This document shows, piece by piece, positions 30,472-40,199 of a stretch of 64,000 bases of DNA (its first letter is position 1; each line of letters begins with the position of its first letter). A program made the translations under genes and the position numbers. The notes under the pieces are model-generated. The model did not search any database. It saw nothing but the letters and a program-made list of their open reading frames with translations, and was not told the DNA's origin. The stretch lies in assembly GCA_964598845.1 (NCBI GenBank), contig CAZRDM010000005.1, positions 32,765 to 96,764 of the forward strand, written 5' to 3'. Source of the DNA: an uncultured Candidatus Bathyarchaeia archaeon. GTDB lineage: Archaea; Thermoproteota; Bathyarchaeia; 40CM-2-53-6.

Positions 30472-32235
30472 TTAGCTCCTGGTCGCTTTCTTGACGTATT
30501 GTGAAATCATCTGTTGGATGACCCTTGGATTCAAACGACCCACAGGGCTCTCCGTCTCAAGAAGCCGCCTAGGGATCCTTTCCTTGGTTAGGTCAAAGTC
30601 CTCTCTGATCTTGAAGTCGTAGAGATTTCGGGAAATCTTCCTTCCAAGCCTCATCAGCCTCCCCACGGTGATGTCTATTCCAACAGCTGCTAATGCTCTA
30701 ACAATGAGTTCCTTCACGTAGACGCTCCGTGTGAAGTAGCATGCGATGAGTGAATGGAGGACGTTCAGCCAATCCTCCTCTTCAATGAGGAAGTCAACGA
30801 TCTGTTCCGGGGTTACTCTCTTCGTCATCCCCGTTTGGTCTATGCTGTACCCTGCGTTACTGAGATGGGAGTGTCTAGCGCCTACCAGTGTTCCGACCAA
30901 GAACCCGTAGCCAGTGAAGTACCCTGCCGGGCTATTCTTTCCAAGTGTGATAGCGAATTCTTCTCCACCATATGCTTCGGCAGCAGCAGCAACCCCTCGC
31001 GCGAGTGTTGCATAGAAGTGGTTCTTGGAATCGGCGATGCTTACGATCATGTCCATGTAAGTTTCAAAATCCCCCCACCCAGGACGGAGCCCCATCGTTT
31101 CATCCGTAGTGATGAATCCCTTTTCGTAGGCTTCAGTCGCCCAGGCCAAGACCGCTCCTGTCATGATGGCATCCAAGCCTAAGTGTTCGCACAATGAAAT
31201 CAGCTGTAAAACTCCCTTCGGATCGCTCACAGCCAGATTCGTCCCAAGTGCGAAAATTGGCTCGTAATTGTATGGTACAAGTTCCATTCCCTTGGATTGC
31301 TCCTCCGTTCCTTGCGGGTCACGTTCGCATTCGGAGGTTATCTTGAGGGTGGCCAAGTGTACACAGGTTACCGGGCATCCTAAACAGGAAATCTTTCGCT
31401 CAAGAAACTCCTGAGCGAACCGTTCCCCCGAGATACTATCAGCGTTCTCGTAGACAGTCTCCGAGAAGTTTCTTGATGGTAGCGCCCTCAACTCGTTCAG
31501 TTCGAGAACATTTGCTGCTGTCCCAAATTCTTGATACTTCTTCATGAAGTCCGTTTTGACGACTCGTTCGTAGATCTCGTTATACACCTGTCTGAAGCTC
31601 TTGGAGTTGACAATTTGTATATCGCCTTTGCCGGAAACGCGGACAGCCTTCAGTTTCTTGCTGCCCATCACTGCGCCTAATCCGAGCCGACCAAAGTGGT
31701 GATAACGGTCGGCTATTGCTCCGCTGTAGTGAACAAGATTCTCGCCTGCACGGCCAATGCTCATCACACTGTGCACGCCTCCGTTCGATGGCTTGATTAA
31801 TCTCTCAACTTGGAGCGGTGATAGCCCCCATAGTGGAGAAGCATCTTCGATGCACGCTTTCCCGTTCTCGATACTGAGCCTAACAGGCTCGTCTGAAGCT
31901 CCCTTGATCACAATAGCTCCGTAACCAGCGAAGCGCAGGGCTGTGGAGAAGCGGCCCCCGGCATGCGACTCGCCCAGGTTGCCTGTCAACGGCGATTTGA
32001 AGACGGCCACAGTCTTCGCCATACTCGGGAAGATTCCGACTAGAGGACCTGTCGTGAAAATAATGGGAGCCTCTGGGGATAATGCGCTGATCCGCGGCTG
32101 GCACTCTTCCAGAAGTAGCTTCGACGCTACCCCTGTGCCTCCCAAGTACTTCGCGAAGAGTTCAGATCGTTTTGTCGCCCTAGCTGTTCTCTCGGTCAGG
32201 TCGACGTAAAGAACTCGTTCGAGGCGCGTGCTCAT
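30472..32235 (-). CDS. aldehyde:ferredoxin oxidoreductase family protein (second copy)
   Basis: 587 aa with AOR N- and C-domains (YLGGTGVASKLLLEE). Confidence 0.9.
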   Translation of the reverse strand: MSTRLERVLYVDLTERTARATKRSELFAKYLGGTGVASKLLLEECQPRISALSPEAPIIFTTGPLVGIFPSMAKTVAVFKSPLTGNLGESHAGGRFSTALRFAGYGAIVIKGASDEPVRLSIENGKACIEDASPLWGLSPLQVERLIKPSNGGVHSVMSIGRAGENLVHYSGAIADRYHHFGRLGLGAVMGSKKLKAVRVSGKGDIQIVNSKSFRQVYNEIYERVVKTDFMKKYQEFGTAANVLELNELRALPSRNFSETVYENADSISGERFAQEFLERKISCLGCPVTCVHLATLKITSECERDPQGTEEQSKGMELVPYNYEPIFALGTNLAVSDPKGVLQLISLCEHLGLDAIMTGAVLAWATEAYEKGFITTDETMGLRPGWGDFETYMDMIVSIADSKNHFYATLARGVAAAAEAYGGEEFAITLGKNSPAGYFTGYGFLVGTLVGARHSHLSNAGYSIDQTGMTKRVTPEQIVDFLIEEEDWLNVLHSLIACYFTRSVYVKELIVRALAAVGIDITVGRLMRLGRKISRNLYDFKIREDFDLTKERIPRRLLETESPVGRLNPRVIQQMISQYVKKATRS

Positions 32236-32257
32236 AGTCTGATCATTTACAGGAACC

Positions 32258-33232
32258 TTACGTGGTCGCCAGTCCCATTGTCTGTTTCAGAAGCTGCCCA
32301 TCAACCTTCCCGGAAGTGTGAGTGACTCCTGTCTTCACATTATTGACAGCAAACATCGCAGGTGCGAAAATGTTAGGGTCAATCTTGTAGAAGTCAAACT
32401 CAGCAGCTTTGAATATCTCATAGAAAGGCTTCCCGTAGTCTTTGGATGTTGATGAAGGAGCCTTATGGACGAGTTCTTTCAGCTTCTCGTCATCCTCGAA
32501 GTCAACTGAGTAGAATGTGACACCGCCATAGGCTATTGCATCATTTGTTCGACCCATAGCCTTGGCCGACTTGGGATGAATCGGAGCTATGGGAGCGTAT
32601 CCACACCCATAGAGAATTCTCCTTGGATCGAAGCCAATCTCAGTAAGCCTATGGATTCCGGTCTCAACAATTCTTCCGGAGATCTGAACGGATCCCGCCA
32701 TTGAAGTCGTGGGCGCTACTAGAACGTGGAGATTCGCTAAAGGGATTTCGCATTCTTTCGCAATATATTCGAGGGCTTCCTTCGTTGGGTACTTGTCAGC
32801 CTCGAGCACAATTACGGCTTTATCCGATTTGTCTTTGTACTCGATCTTCTGGTAGAGTTCTTTTGGTTTGAGAGCGAGGGCGCGAGCTGGGCCGGATCCC
32901 ATAGCGAAGTAGTCGGAGGTCTTTATCTGCCAACCGGCGAACTGTGCTCCCAGAGTCGCGATGGCCGGAAAGTCTGTCTCAACGTGCACGCTTGGCAGTA
33001 CGATGCCGTCGTAGCTCATGTGTGTAATGGAGGCCTTGCCTAAGTCACCCAAGCAGGCCTCCGTCATGAACTTGCCTGCCGAGAAGCCTCCTCGGACCTT
33101 AATGCCTAGGTCGATTATGGTGGCTCCTGTTTCATGTCTCTCTGTGAGTATGCCGAGTTCCTCTGCGTGTTGGATGCCCCATTCCACTAGCTTCGCAGTT
33201 CTCTCGTTGACGCTTACGGGCATCTCCGTCAT
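32258..33232 (-). CDS. mch: methenyl-H4MPT cyclohydrolase
   Basis: Near-colinear match to Mch (TDFPAIATLGAQFAGW, GSGPARALALKP, LVAPTTSMAGSVQISGR, KAMGRTNDA, GKPFYEIFK). The start ATG at 33230-33232 overlaps the fwdC stop (ATGA). Confidence 0.9.
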   Translation of the reverse strand: MTEMPVSVNERTAKLVEWGIQHAEELGILTERHETGATIIDLGIKVRGGFSAGKFMTEACLGDLGKASITHMSYDGIVLPSVHVETDFPAIATLGAQFAGWQIKTSDYFAMGSGPARALALKPKELYQKIEYKDKSDKAVIVLEADKYPTKEALEYIAKECEIPLANLHVLVAPTTSMAGSVQISGRIVETGIHRLTEIGFDPRRILYGCGYAPIAPIHPKSAKAMGRTNDAIAYGGVTFYSVDFEDDEKLKELVHKAPSSTSKDYGKPFYEIFKAAEFDFYKIDPNIFAPAMFAVNNVKTGVTHTSGKVDGQLLKQTMGLATT

Positions 33233-34059
33233 GCCTCCAAATATTTCTCGTACCACTTCAAATGGGGGTTGTTCTTGAGGCTGACCGACAATCTGCCTTT
33301 GCCTTCCTCATTCATGTCTCCCGAGAAAGCATAGAAAGGTCCTGGGACTTTCTCTTCGCCCACCTTGACCTTGTCTTGGATCTGTTCAAAGGAAAAGCTC
33401 GGTAGAATCGACGGGAGTTGGCCGCCTATAATGACCTTGCCGCCCTTCATCTGTGCTCCGGCTCGCCCGTCACAGTTGCCTCCGACGAAGATCGTTCCGT
33501 CGGCCATGTGAATGCCGGGGAAGATTCCAGCGCTACCCTTGATCCTGATCGTTCCATTTGCCATCCAGCATCCCACCTCGTGGCCCGCATTGCCGTGGAT
33601 GATTATCGAGCCGTTCTTCATTCCGAGAGTAGTTCCTCGGTACCCAGCTCCGATGTAGTCGGCGGCGTTGCCTTTGACCTCGATCTGTCCTCCTCTCATT
33701 TTTGTGCCAAGCCAAGAGCCTGCGTTTCCAGAGGCCAAGATTGATCCACCCGACATCTCCTCGCCTAGATACATACCAGCGTTACCATCTACGATCAAAG
33801 ATCCGCCAGACATCTTGTACCCCACCTTCCGGATCTTTGCGGCATCACCAACAATTCTAATGGAAGTCTCATCAGGGCCTTCACCCTTTTTCTCAGCGAC
33901 CTGGAAAATGTCGGCAAGCTCGATCCGCCTGTTTCCTTCCCACGCCTTGGTCGTCTCGATCTGTCTCATCGATTTCTCAGTGAATTTTGTGGGTGAAATT
34001 TCTCGGCAGTCAACAGGGAGCTGGAGGCTTCTTCTGATCGCGAGCACGATCTCTCTCAA
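33229..34059 (-). CDS. fwdC: formylmethanofuran dehydrogenase subunit C
   Basis: Repeated GxxGxxxG beta-helix units (GNAGMYLG, GNAGSWLG, GNAADYIG, GNAGHEVG) as in FwdC/GltB C-terminal domain. Confidence 0.85.
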   Translation of the reverse strand: MREIVLAIRRSLQLPVDCREISPTKFTEKSMRQIETTKAWEGNRRIELADIFQVAEKKGEGPDETSIRIVGDAAKIRKVGYKMSGGSLIVDGNAGMYLGEEMSGGSILASGNAGSWLGTKMRGGQIEVKGNAADYIGAGYRGTTLGMKNGSIIIHGNAGHEVGCWMANGTIRIKGSAGIFPGIHMADGTIFVGGNCDGRAGAQMKGGKVIIGGQLPSILPSFSFEQIQDKVKVGEEKVPGPFYAFSGDMNEEGKGRLSVSLKNNPHLKWYEKYLEA

Positions 34060-34062
34060 CGG

Positions 34063-35760
34063 CTAAACCTCTGCTTTGACGGTGATTCTGCTCGGGTTTG
34101 CCAGCTCGTTATCATCCATTGCGTAGTTGTCCATTTGAACTGTGTAGTAGTCGTCGAAGGTCTTCCTCATCTCGGACTCCACATCTTTCATGAGGCTCTC
34201 AGAAACCTTGCTGTCAACCCAGTAGGTGCGTCCGAGCGGTGCTTCAACTATCTCCCCATTCTTGACTACTATTCTTCCATCCTTGATGGTGAAGGCGGCT
34301 CTCTTCAGGGCCTTCCTGACAAGTCGATAGTCCTTTGAAGGGTCGATCTTTGTCGGGTCTAGGTTGTAGATTGAGACATCAGCATCTGCGCCGATTCCGA
34401 GATGTCCCTTCTGGCGTAGCCCCAAGGCCTTGGCGGTCCCAGCGCGCGTGATTATGACGATCTCGGGGAACGAGTACTCTCTATCTATTCCCGGCAGGTC
34501 GAGCTTCTTCTGCGCTGTCTTGTTGATCCTCCCAACGGACTTCTCTCTTGCTTTCTTGCTCATCAGCCAAGCGATGATTTTTGGATACTTCGTGAACGTG
34601 CCACCATTCGGATGGTCGGTAGTCAGATAGACGCGCCAAGGGTCTTTAACGAGAAGGGCGAGTTCGAGGCCGATGCCCCACTGGATCGCGTTCACGTAAT
34701 TGTTTCGTCTGTACTTGTATGGGACGACGCCCGCTCCCGTCTCGACCTCGACATCGAAGTTCATCCACTTGTTCCCTGAGAGTTGATAGAGCATATATTG
34801 GAAGCCCCCATCAGCTGTCATCGTCGTCGTGTCCATGAATACAACTTGACCCAAGTCGACTGTGACATGGTCGTGCTTGTTCACGTAATCTCCTATCTCA
34901 GGCGCTCCGGAGCCGATATTATGCCATGCCGACCCGCTCCGGCCAGTGAACTGGACATGGGTTATGTGGATTATGGGCTTGTTGTCGTGGGCGAGGTCTC
35001 TGACTGAGTCCATCGTCGCGATGGTTGTCTCGTAGTTTCCAATCTTGGCGAGGTCATTGGTATGTACATGGATTGTGTGCGGGAGTTTCAGGAGCTGATT
35101 GACTTTGCAGATTCCTCGAACGATCTCCTTGGGTGTGATATCGAAGTTCGGGACATGGTCCTTGAGGCCGGTGATGTATCTTCCCCACCTCCAGGCCTCG
35201 ACGCCCCCGGGGTTGACTACCTTTATGGCATATCCCTTGGTTGCCCTAAGCATCCATGACACGTAGGCCGCGCATTCTTCTACACGGCCCTGTGCGAGAT
35301 ATTCCAGCGTTCGCCAATCATTACCGAAGAGTGGGAAACAACCCTTATCCACTATTGGAGTGTCGTCGAGTTCCTCGTGAGTATGCCTTGTCTTCATGAG
35401 AGGTGTGGCTGGCTCGAAGACGGTTGTGTAACCCATTCTTGCATATCGATAACCCGTTGTGAACGTTGAGGGAATCGACTTCCCAGTTCCAGCGCGAGTC
35501 AGCGATGTACGCGTCTCTACATCTTTCTCATGGTCTTCAGGCCTCAGTATCCTACCGGCGTTTACCTTTGACCCTGCTATGTGGGAATGAATATCGACCC
35601 CGCCCGGCATCACCATCATGCCAGAGGCATCGATCACCGTCGCGCTCGCGCCAACGTTCTTCACAATCTTGCCATCTTTGATGTAGATGTCGAGTTTTTC
35701 GCCTTCGATCCCGTTAAGCGGGTCGAAGACGATCCCATTCCTTATGGCCAGTTCACTCAA
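34063..35760 (-). CDS. fwdA: formylmethanofuran dehydrogenase subunit A (amidohydrolase)
   Basis: 565 aa; N-terminal IRNGxVFDPLNGIEGEKxDIxIKDGKI...GGVDIHSH matches FwdA. Confidence 0.9.
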   Translation of the reverse strand: MSELAIRNGIVFDPLNGIEGEKLDIYIKDGKIVKNVGASATVIDASGMMVMPGGVDIHSHIAGSKVNAGRILRPEDHEKDVETRTSLTRAGTGKSIPSTFTTGYRYARMGYTTVFEPATPLMKTRHTHEELDDTPIVDKGCFPLFGNDWRTLEYLAQGRVEECAAYVSWMLRATKGYAIKVVNPGGVEAWRWGRYITGLKDHVPNFDITPKEIVRGICKVNQLLKLPHTIHVHTNDLAKIGNYETTIATMDSVRDLAHDNKPIIHITHVQFTGRSGSAWHNIGSGAPEIGDYVNKHDHVTVDLGQVVFMDTTTMTADGGFQYMLYQLSGNKWMNFDVEVETGAGVVPYKYRRNNYVNAIQWGIGLELALLVKDPWRVYLTTDHPNGGTFTKYPKIIAWLMSKKAREKSVGRINKTAQKKLDLPGIDREYSFPEIVIITRAGTAKALGLRQKGHLGIGADADVSIYNLDPTKIDPSKDYRLVRKALKRAAFTIKDGRIVVKNGEIVEAPLGRTYWVDSKVSESLMKDVESEMRKTFDDYYTVQMDNYAMDDNELANPSRITVKAEV

Positions 35761-37072
35761 GTGTTTGACCTCCCTTCAGCTTCTTCACTTCTCTAAGGAT
35801 ATCGCGAAGGATCTCGACATCGGGTCTTATTCCGGGGGGTGGAGGAACAACAGGTTTCGTCTTTAATGCGACCCCATCCATGCGATATATCGAGCCGCCA
35901 GTTTCGATTCCGACGATTGCTGAGGGAAAGACTACTTCCGATATGAGTCCGGTCGCGGACGGGCGTGGGTCGATTGTGACGATTGGGATCTGCGCCAAAC
36001 GTCTCGTCGCCTCGACGGGAAAGTTGGAAACCGGGTCCGAGGCTACGACGAGAGCGGCGTCAGAATCGCCTCTTGAGAGTATGTCGATTACAGTAGTGTC
36101 GCCGGGGTTGTAGCGTGGGTAGCCTTGGCTCAGATCAACTGCGTAGGGGAATCCTGTCACCCAAGCTGTGACCTGGTTCGCTCCAGCGACATTGTACCAG
36201 CCTCGCATTGGCATTATGAGGAACTTCGTCCGCGCATTGAGATCGCGGACAAGGGAGAGAGCGACGTCGATGTTTCTATGTTTCCCGCTCGTCATGGTGA
36301 GGCCTACGCCGAAGAAGAGGATGCCGAACTCGCAGCTTACCATGAGGTCGGCTATTTCTTCTATTTTGTCGGCAGGTACGCCAGCGATCACATCCTGCTC
36401 CAGTTCGTCTCCTCGAACAGCCATCCTGAAGGCGCATAGGAGGTCGTAATCGCCGTTTGGCGTGATCTGCAGAAAGTGGTCCGCTAGCTTCGCCGTATCG
36501 GTCTTCCGTACGTCCACAACAACGATTTTCCTATCTTTTCTTCCACCGCGGAATCGACCCTTGCGAATTGCCAGACGCTGCATGTGATGGGGATGGGAGT
36601 GGATCGGGTTTGATCCCCAGTAGACTATCAGGTCCGCACGTTGCCTGACTTCCCCGAAGGTGCAGCTCACTTCACCTATGTCGTGCACGCCCAGAAGTGT
36701 TGGACCGTGACATACGGTGGTTGTGTTGTCTATGACTCCGCCGACCCATTCCGTCAGCTCGATGCCGACTTTGGTTGCTTCGCAGCTGGTTGAACTCCAA
36801 CCATACAAGATAGGGTATTTGGCGTTGGCTAGTATCTCTGCAGCTCTAGATACCGCCTGTTGATAGCTCGCTTCGTGAAGTTCTCCATTCTTCTTCATGA
36901 GCGGGGTTAGATGGCGGTCGCGATTGTACTCCATCAATTTCGCTAGCGAGATGGCGCATCCTGAGCGGGAACTCTGGACCTTTCCATTCTCAACAGTGAC
37001 TTGGAGGTCGTCGCATGTGGCCCCGCAGAATGTGCAGATCACGTTCGGTATGACTTCTTTCGTCATTCTCAT
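35753..37072 (-). CDS. fwdB: formylmethanofuran dehydrogenase subunit B (molybdopterin oxidoreductase)
   Basis: 439 aa; N-terminal Cys cluster (CTFCGATCDD) and molybdopterin-oxidoreductase architecture. It overlaps fwdA and fwdD. Confidence 0.85.
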   Translation of the reverse strand: MRMTKEVIPNVICTFCGATCDDLQVTVENGKVQSSRSGCAISLAKLMEYNRDRHLTPLMKKNGELHEASYQQAVSRAAEILANAKYPILYGWSSTSCEATKVGIELTEWVGGVIDNTTTVCHGPTLLGVHDIGEVSCTFGEVRQRADLIVYWGSNPIHSHPHHMQRLAIRKGRFRGGRKDRKIVVVDVRKTDTAKLADHFLQITPNGDYDLLCAFRMAVRGDELEQDVIAGVPADKIEEIADLMVSCEFGILFFGVGLTMTSGKHRNIDVALSLVRDLNARTKFLIMPMRGWYNVAGANQVTAWVTGFPYAVDLSQGYPRYNPGDTTVIDILSRGDSDAALVVASDPVSNFPVEATRRLAQIPIVTIDPRPSATGLISEVVFPSAIVGIETGGSIYRMDGVALKTKPVVPPPPGIRPDVEILRDILREVKKLKGGQTLE

Positions 37073-37467
37073 GTCCTCCGGGTCATCTCTGCGACTAGAT
37101 GTGGCAAGTCTAGGACTTCTTCGTTAGGGGCGGGTGTCACTTCTGCCTCAACCCCTTTGAAAGTTGGCATACCGGTTCCCTGCGTTTCCGAGGAAAGCAC
37201 CATATTGGCCCATGGTCCGTAGGGGATGAATGCAACGCCCCTATGCGGCGCCTGCGATGACGCGACAGCTCTCACAACTACACTTCCAGTACTCGTAGAG
37301 ACCTTGATTTTCTGGTCTGGAGAGATGCCTAATGACTTCATGTCGTCAGGATCAAGTTCGCAGATGGCAACGCTTCGAGCGTACTTGTCTGAGAGTTTTC
37401 CTGAGACCTTGGCTCTGGCTTGACTGAGACTTCGTCCCGATAAAAGGGTCACCCTCAAGCTTAACAT
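37069..37467 (-). CDS. fwdD: formylmethanofuran dehydrogenase subunit D (molybdopterin dinucleotide-binding domain)
   Basis: 132 aa; the FwdD-like sequence VTLLSGRSLSQA...IDPDDMKxLGI; first gene of the fwdDBAC-mch operon. Confidence 0.8.
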   Translation of the reverse strand: MLSLRVTLLSGRSLSQARAKVSGKLSDKYARSVAICELDPDDMKSLGISPDQKIKVSTSTGSVVVRAVASSQAPHRGVAFIPYGPWANMVLSSETQGTGMPTFKGVEAEVTPAPNEEVLDLPHLVAEMTRRT

Positions 37468-37680
37468 GCAGATTCAACCTAAGTGAGGTCACACAACGTA
37501 CACATAATGTTGTGGTGTCAATTTCACTCACTGTAATCGCATCAGGGAGAGTCGTTCGGAACGTCGCCCAATCGAAATCGTAGAACGATATTTGTTGCCC
37601 TCGTATCTGTCCTAGCAGCTCTCCACATCGTTCTCTCAATTCCGCTCGGCCCTGTCGGGTTTAGACGTTTCAGCATAGTC

Positions 37681-38280
37681 ATGGAGCCGCTTGAGGGAAT
37701 CATTGGAGGACCACTATACGGTTCGGTCGCCGCCATCATTGGATGGATTGGAGGAAGATTCATGCGCCCAGAAACCTTCTACATCGAGAACTTCTTCGGG
37801 TTAGCAGAGGCGATAGGAGCGCTTGGGGCTGGTCTTCTTATCAGGAAACGTTGGTGGGCTGTATCGATCCTCTATGGTGTCCTTCTAGTCGCATTTCTAG
37901 TTCATCCTTTCGCGAGGGCAGTTCCGCTCTGGACTCTCTGGGACACGTATCTTGGATTCGCCGCAATATTTCCTGCCGCAATTGCTGTTAAGAAAATGGA
38001 CATAAAGAATCTGGATTCAAAAGTTTTACTAGCCGTGGTGGCTCTCGTCACCTTCGTAGCCGTTGAGCTGGACGCGATGGCGAGGATCTTCATGCTGGCC
38101 GATCTGGGGCTTTATGAGACGTATGGAATTCCTTTGGATGCTTGGTCCACGATATTCATCGCAGGCGCCTTTCAAACCCCGGTCGAGAGCGTCTACAGCG
38201 TAGCAATAGCCTCAATGGTGGGAGTGCCGGTCCTAATCGCTCTTAGGGTCGCAAGGATCTTGGATTGGCCGCTCTCCTAG
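37681..38280 (+). CDS. polytopic membrane protein, paralog family member 2
   Basis: 199 aa; a paralog of the 27020 ORF; divergently transcribed from fwdD. Confidence 0.55.
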   Translation: MEPLEGIIGGPLYGSVAAIIGWIGGRFMRPETFYIENFFGLAEAIGALGAGLLIRKRWWAVSILYGVLLVAFLVHPFARAVPLWTLWDTYLGFAAIFPAAIAVKKMDIKNLDSKVLLAVVALVTFVAVELDAMARIFMLADLGLYETYGIPLDAWSTIFIAGAFQTPVESVYSVAIASMVGVPVLIALRVARILDWPLS

Positions 38281-38301
38281 CGAGAGATGGAGCCTTAGAT
38301 T

Positions 38302-39147
38302 CTAAGCCTCCCCGGGTCTTCTAGGTTTCTCTATCAATCTTTGCTTCGAGAGTATTGTGCCGTCGTCGTGGTGAGGCATCCTGACGACTCGGTCTTCCGC
38401 CTTATCCATCTCTCTAGCTTCGTCTGCTAGTCTAGATGCTTCTCTCATCATTTCATGGGCTGCTGCAACAAGCTGCGTGTAGCGTTCCCATTCCTTCACA
38501 ACGAAGCATCCTTCAACGGTGAGGTCGGCAACTCTCTTGGCGATCTCGTGGGCGGCCATGGCTTTGGTTTTCGCGTATGGGTTGTTTAGGGCCGAATATG
38601 CAACCGCTTTCTCCTTGTCGATCACAATTTTCGGTAGAGTCAGCGCCTCACCTTTCGCGATCGTTTGAACGAGCTTGTCGATCTCCTGCCAGAGGAGATT
38701 GAACACTCCGGTGACAGTGAGGACTTTCATAAGATCTGTGTTGAAGAGAGCCATCTCGGCTGGGTCCAAGAATTCCCTTCTCGCGCCAATCATCGCGTCA
38801 GCCTCGACGATCATATATCCCGCCCCTAGCTTCTCGATATCTTGAACCGCCTTCTTAGCAGGGCCGTCGGAGACAACAACAGTCGGAATCTTCCCACCCG
38901 TCAAAATCTCACGCAACTTGGTCGGACCTGGAAGTCCAGCGTTCGGGCTTGTGACGACGGCAAGGTGAGGTTTGAACTCAAGCAATTTCTGAGCGACTTC
39001 CGTGGCCTGCTCGACTCCCATCTTCGCACCGCTCCCGACGACTCGCACGTCTATGTCCTTCCGATCCGCGCGCTCGTCCAAGAGGAATTCAAGGAGAGGA
39101 GCCGCGCCGATGTTCCCTAATTTGCCAAAACCTACCTTCACAACCAA
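38302..39147 (-). CDS. mtd: F420-dependent methylene-H4MPT dehydrogenase
   Basis: A near-colinear match to Mtd over the full length (MVVKxG..KxGNIG, LLDERADR, IDVRVVGSGAKM, MIGARREFLDP, NPYAKxKAMAAxEIAxxVAD, VASAHEM). TTG start. Confidence 0.9.
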   Translation of the reverse strand: MVVKVGFGKLGNIGAAPLLEFLLDERADRKDIDVRVVGSGAKMGVEQATEVAQKLLEFKPHLAVVTSPNAGLPGPTKLREILTGGKIPTVVVSDGPAKKAVQDIEKLGAGYMIVEADAMIGARREFLDPAEMALFNTDLMKVLTVTGVFNLLWQEIDKLVQTIAKGEALTLPKIVIDKEKAVAYSALNNPYAKTKAMAAHEIAKRVADLTVEGCFVVKEWERYTQLVAAAHEMMREASRLADEAREMDKAEDRVVRMPHHDDGTILSKQRLIEKPRRPGEA

Positions 39148-39299
39148 AGTACTTTCACCGCTTCCACCTACGCTCTTGACTTGGCGTATAACGCTTGCCG
39201 CGATATGATACTTACAATATGTACGAAGATTTTCGAATTAGATTCGATTTACGAAATCATCTTAAGCAGACCATTCCGCATTGGCGCGGAGACAGAGCA
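39148..39299. promoter_or_regulatory. AT-rich divergent intergenic region between mtd (-) and ftr (+), a candidate bidirectional promoter
   Basis: A short AT-rich spacer (gatacttacaatatgtacg..., atttacgaaat) lies between two divergently oriented C1-pathway genes. Confidence 0.3.
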
Positions 39300-40199
39300 T
39301 TGTCCAGTGGAGTTGAAATCGAGGACACATTCGCTGAAGCCTTTCCAATGGTCGCCGCGAGGATTTTGATAACGGCCGATAACGAGAAATGGGCGTTGAC
39401 CGCGGCTAGGACTGCCACGGGATTCGCATCATCGATTATTATGTCGCCAGCCGAAGCTGGGGTTGAAGGATCTATCGTTCCTCCAGAGAAGACGCCCGAT
39501 GGAAGACCGGGTGTGCACCTACAGATATACCACAGGACTCGTACCGAGCTCAAACGGCAGATGATTGCTAGGATGGGGCAGTGCATACTGACCTGCCCTA
39601 CCACCGCAGCCTTCGACGCAATGCCAGATGCGAAACGCCGCTTGAGAGTCGGATGGGCTATCCGGATGTTCGGCGACGGCTACGAAAAGAGAGACAACCT
39701 CAACGGAAGGAGGATTTGGCGTATCCCAGTTATGGAAGGCGAATTCGTAACGGAGAGTCGGTTCGGTGTTCGCAGATGTGTGGCCGGCGGGAACTTCATC
39801 ATAATGGCCGATAACCAGAAAACGGGTTTGCAGGCGGCTGAGAATGCTGTACAAGCCATGAACAAGGTCGAAGGTGTTGTACTCACCTTTCCGGGGGGCA
39901 TATGTAGATCGGGCTCCAAAGTGGGGTCGATGAAATACAAGCTCCCGGCAACCACGAATCACCTCTTCTGCCCCAAGCTTCGAGAAACAGCAGCTGGATC
40001 CCTCGTTCCCGAAGGGGTGGGAAGCGTCTATGAACTCGTCTTCAATGGACTCAATTTCGACACTGTCAAGCGAGGAACGGCCGAGGGGATACGCGCCGCG
40101 GTAGCCGTACCAGGTGTTAAGAAGATCACTGCCGTAAACTTCGGAGGAAAGCTCGGACCATATCAGATTAAGCTCAAAGAGGCATTAACAACAGCATAG
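39195..40199 (+). CDS. ftr: formylmethanofuran:H4MPT N-formyltransferase
   Basis: Near-colinear match to Ftr (GVEIEDTFAEAF, TATGF, PDGRPGV, GQCxLTxPT, FDAMP, FGDGY, GRRIWRIPVMEGEF, AGGNF, GLQAAExAV, NFGGKLG). The true start is probably internal (TTG near 39300) rather than the ORF-track TTG at 39195. Confidence 0.9.
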   Translation: MPRYDTYNMYEDFRIRFDLRNHLKQTIPHWRGDRALSSGVEIEDTFAEAFPMVAARILITADNEKWALTAARTATGFASSIIMSPAEAGVEGSIVPPEKTPDGRPGVHLQIYHRTRTELKRQMIARMGQCILTCPTTAAFDAMPDAKRRLRVGWAIRMFGDGYEKRDNLNGRRIWRIPVMEGEFVTESRFGVRRCVAGGNFIIMADNQKTGLQAAENAVQAMNKVEGVVLTFPGGICRSGSKVGSMKYKLPATTNHLFCPKLRETAAGSLVPEGVGSVYELVFNGLNFDTVKRGTAEGIRAAVAVPGVKKITAVNFGGKLGPYQIKLKEALTTA

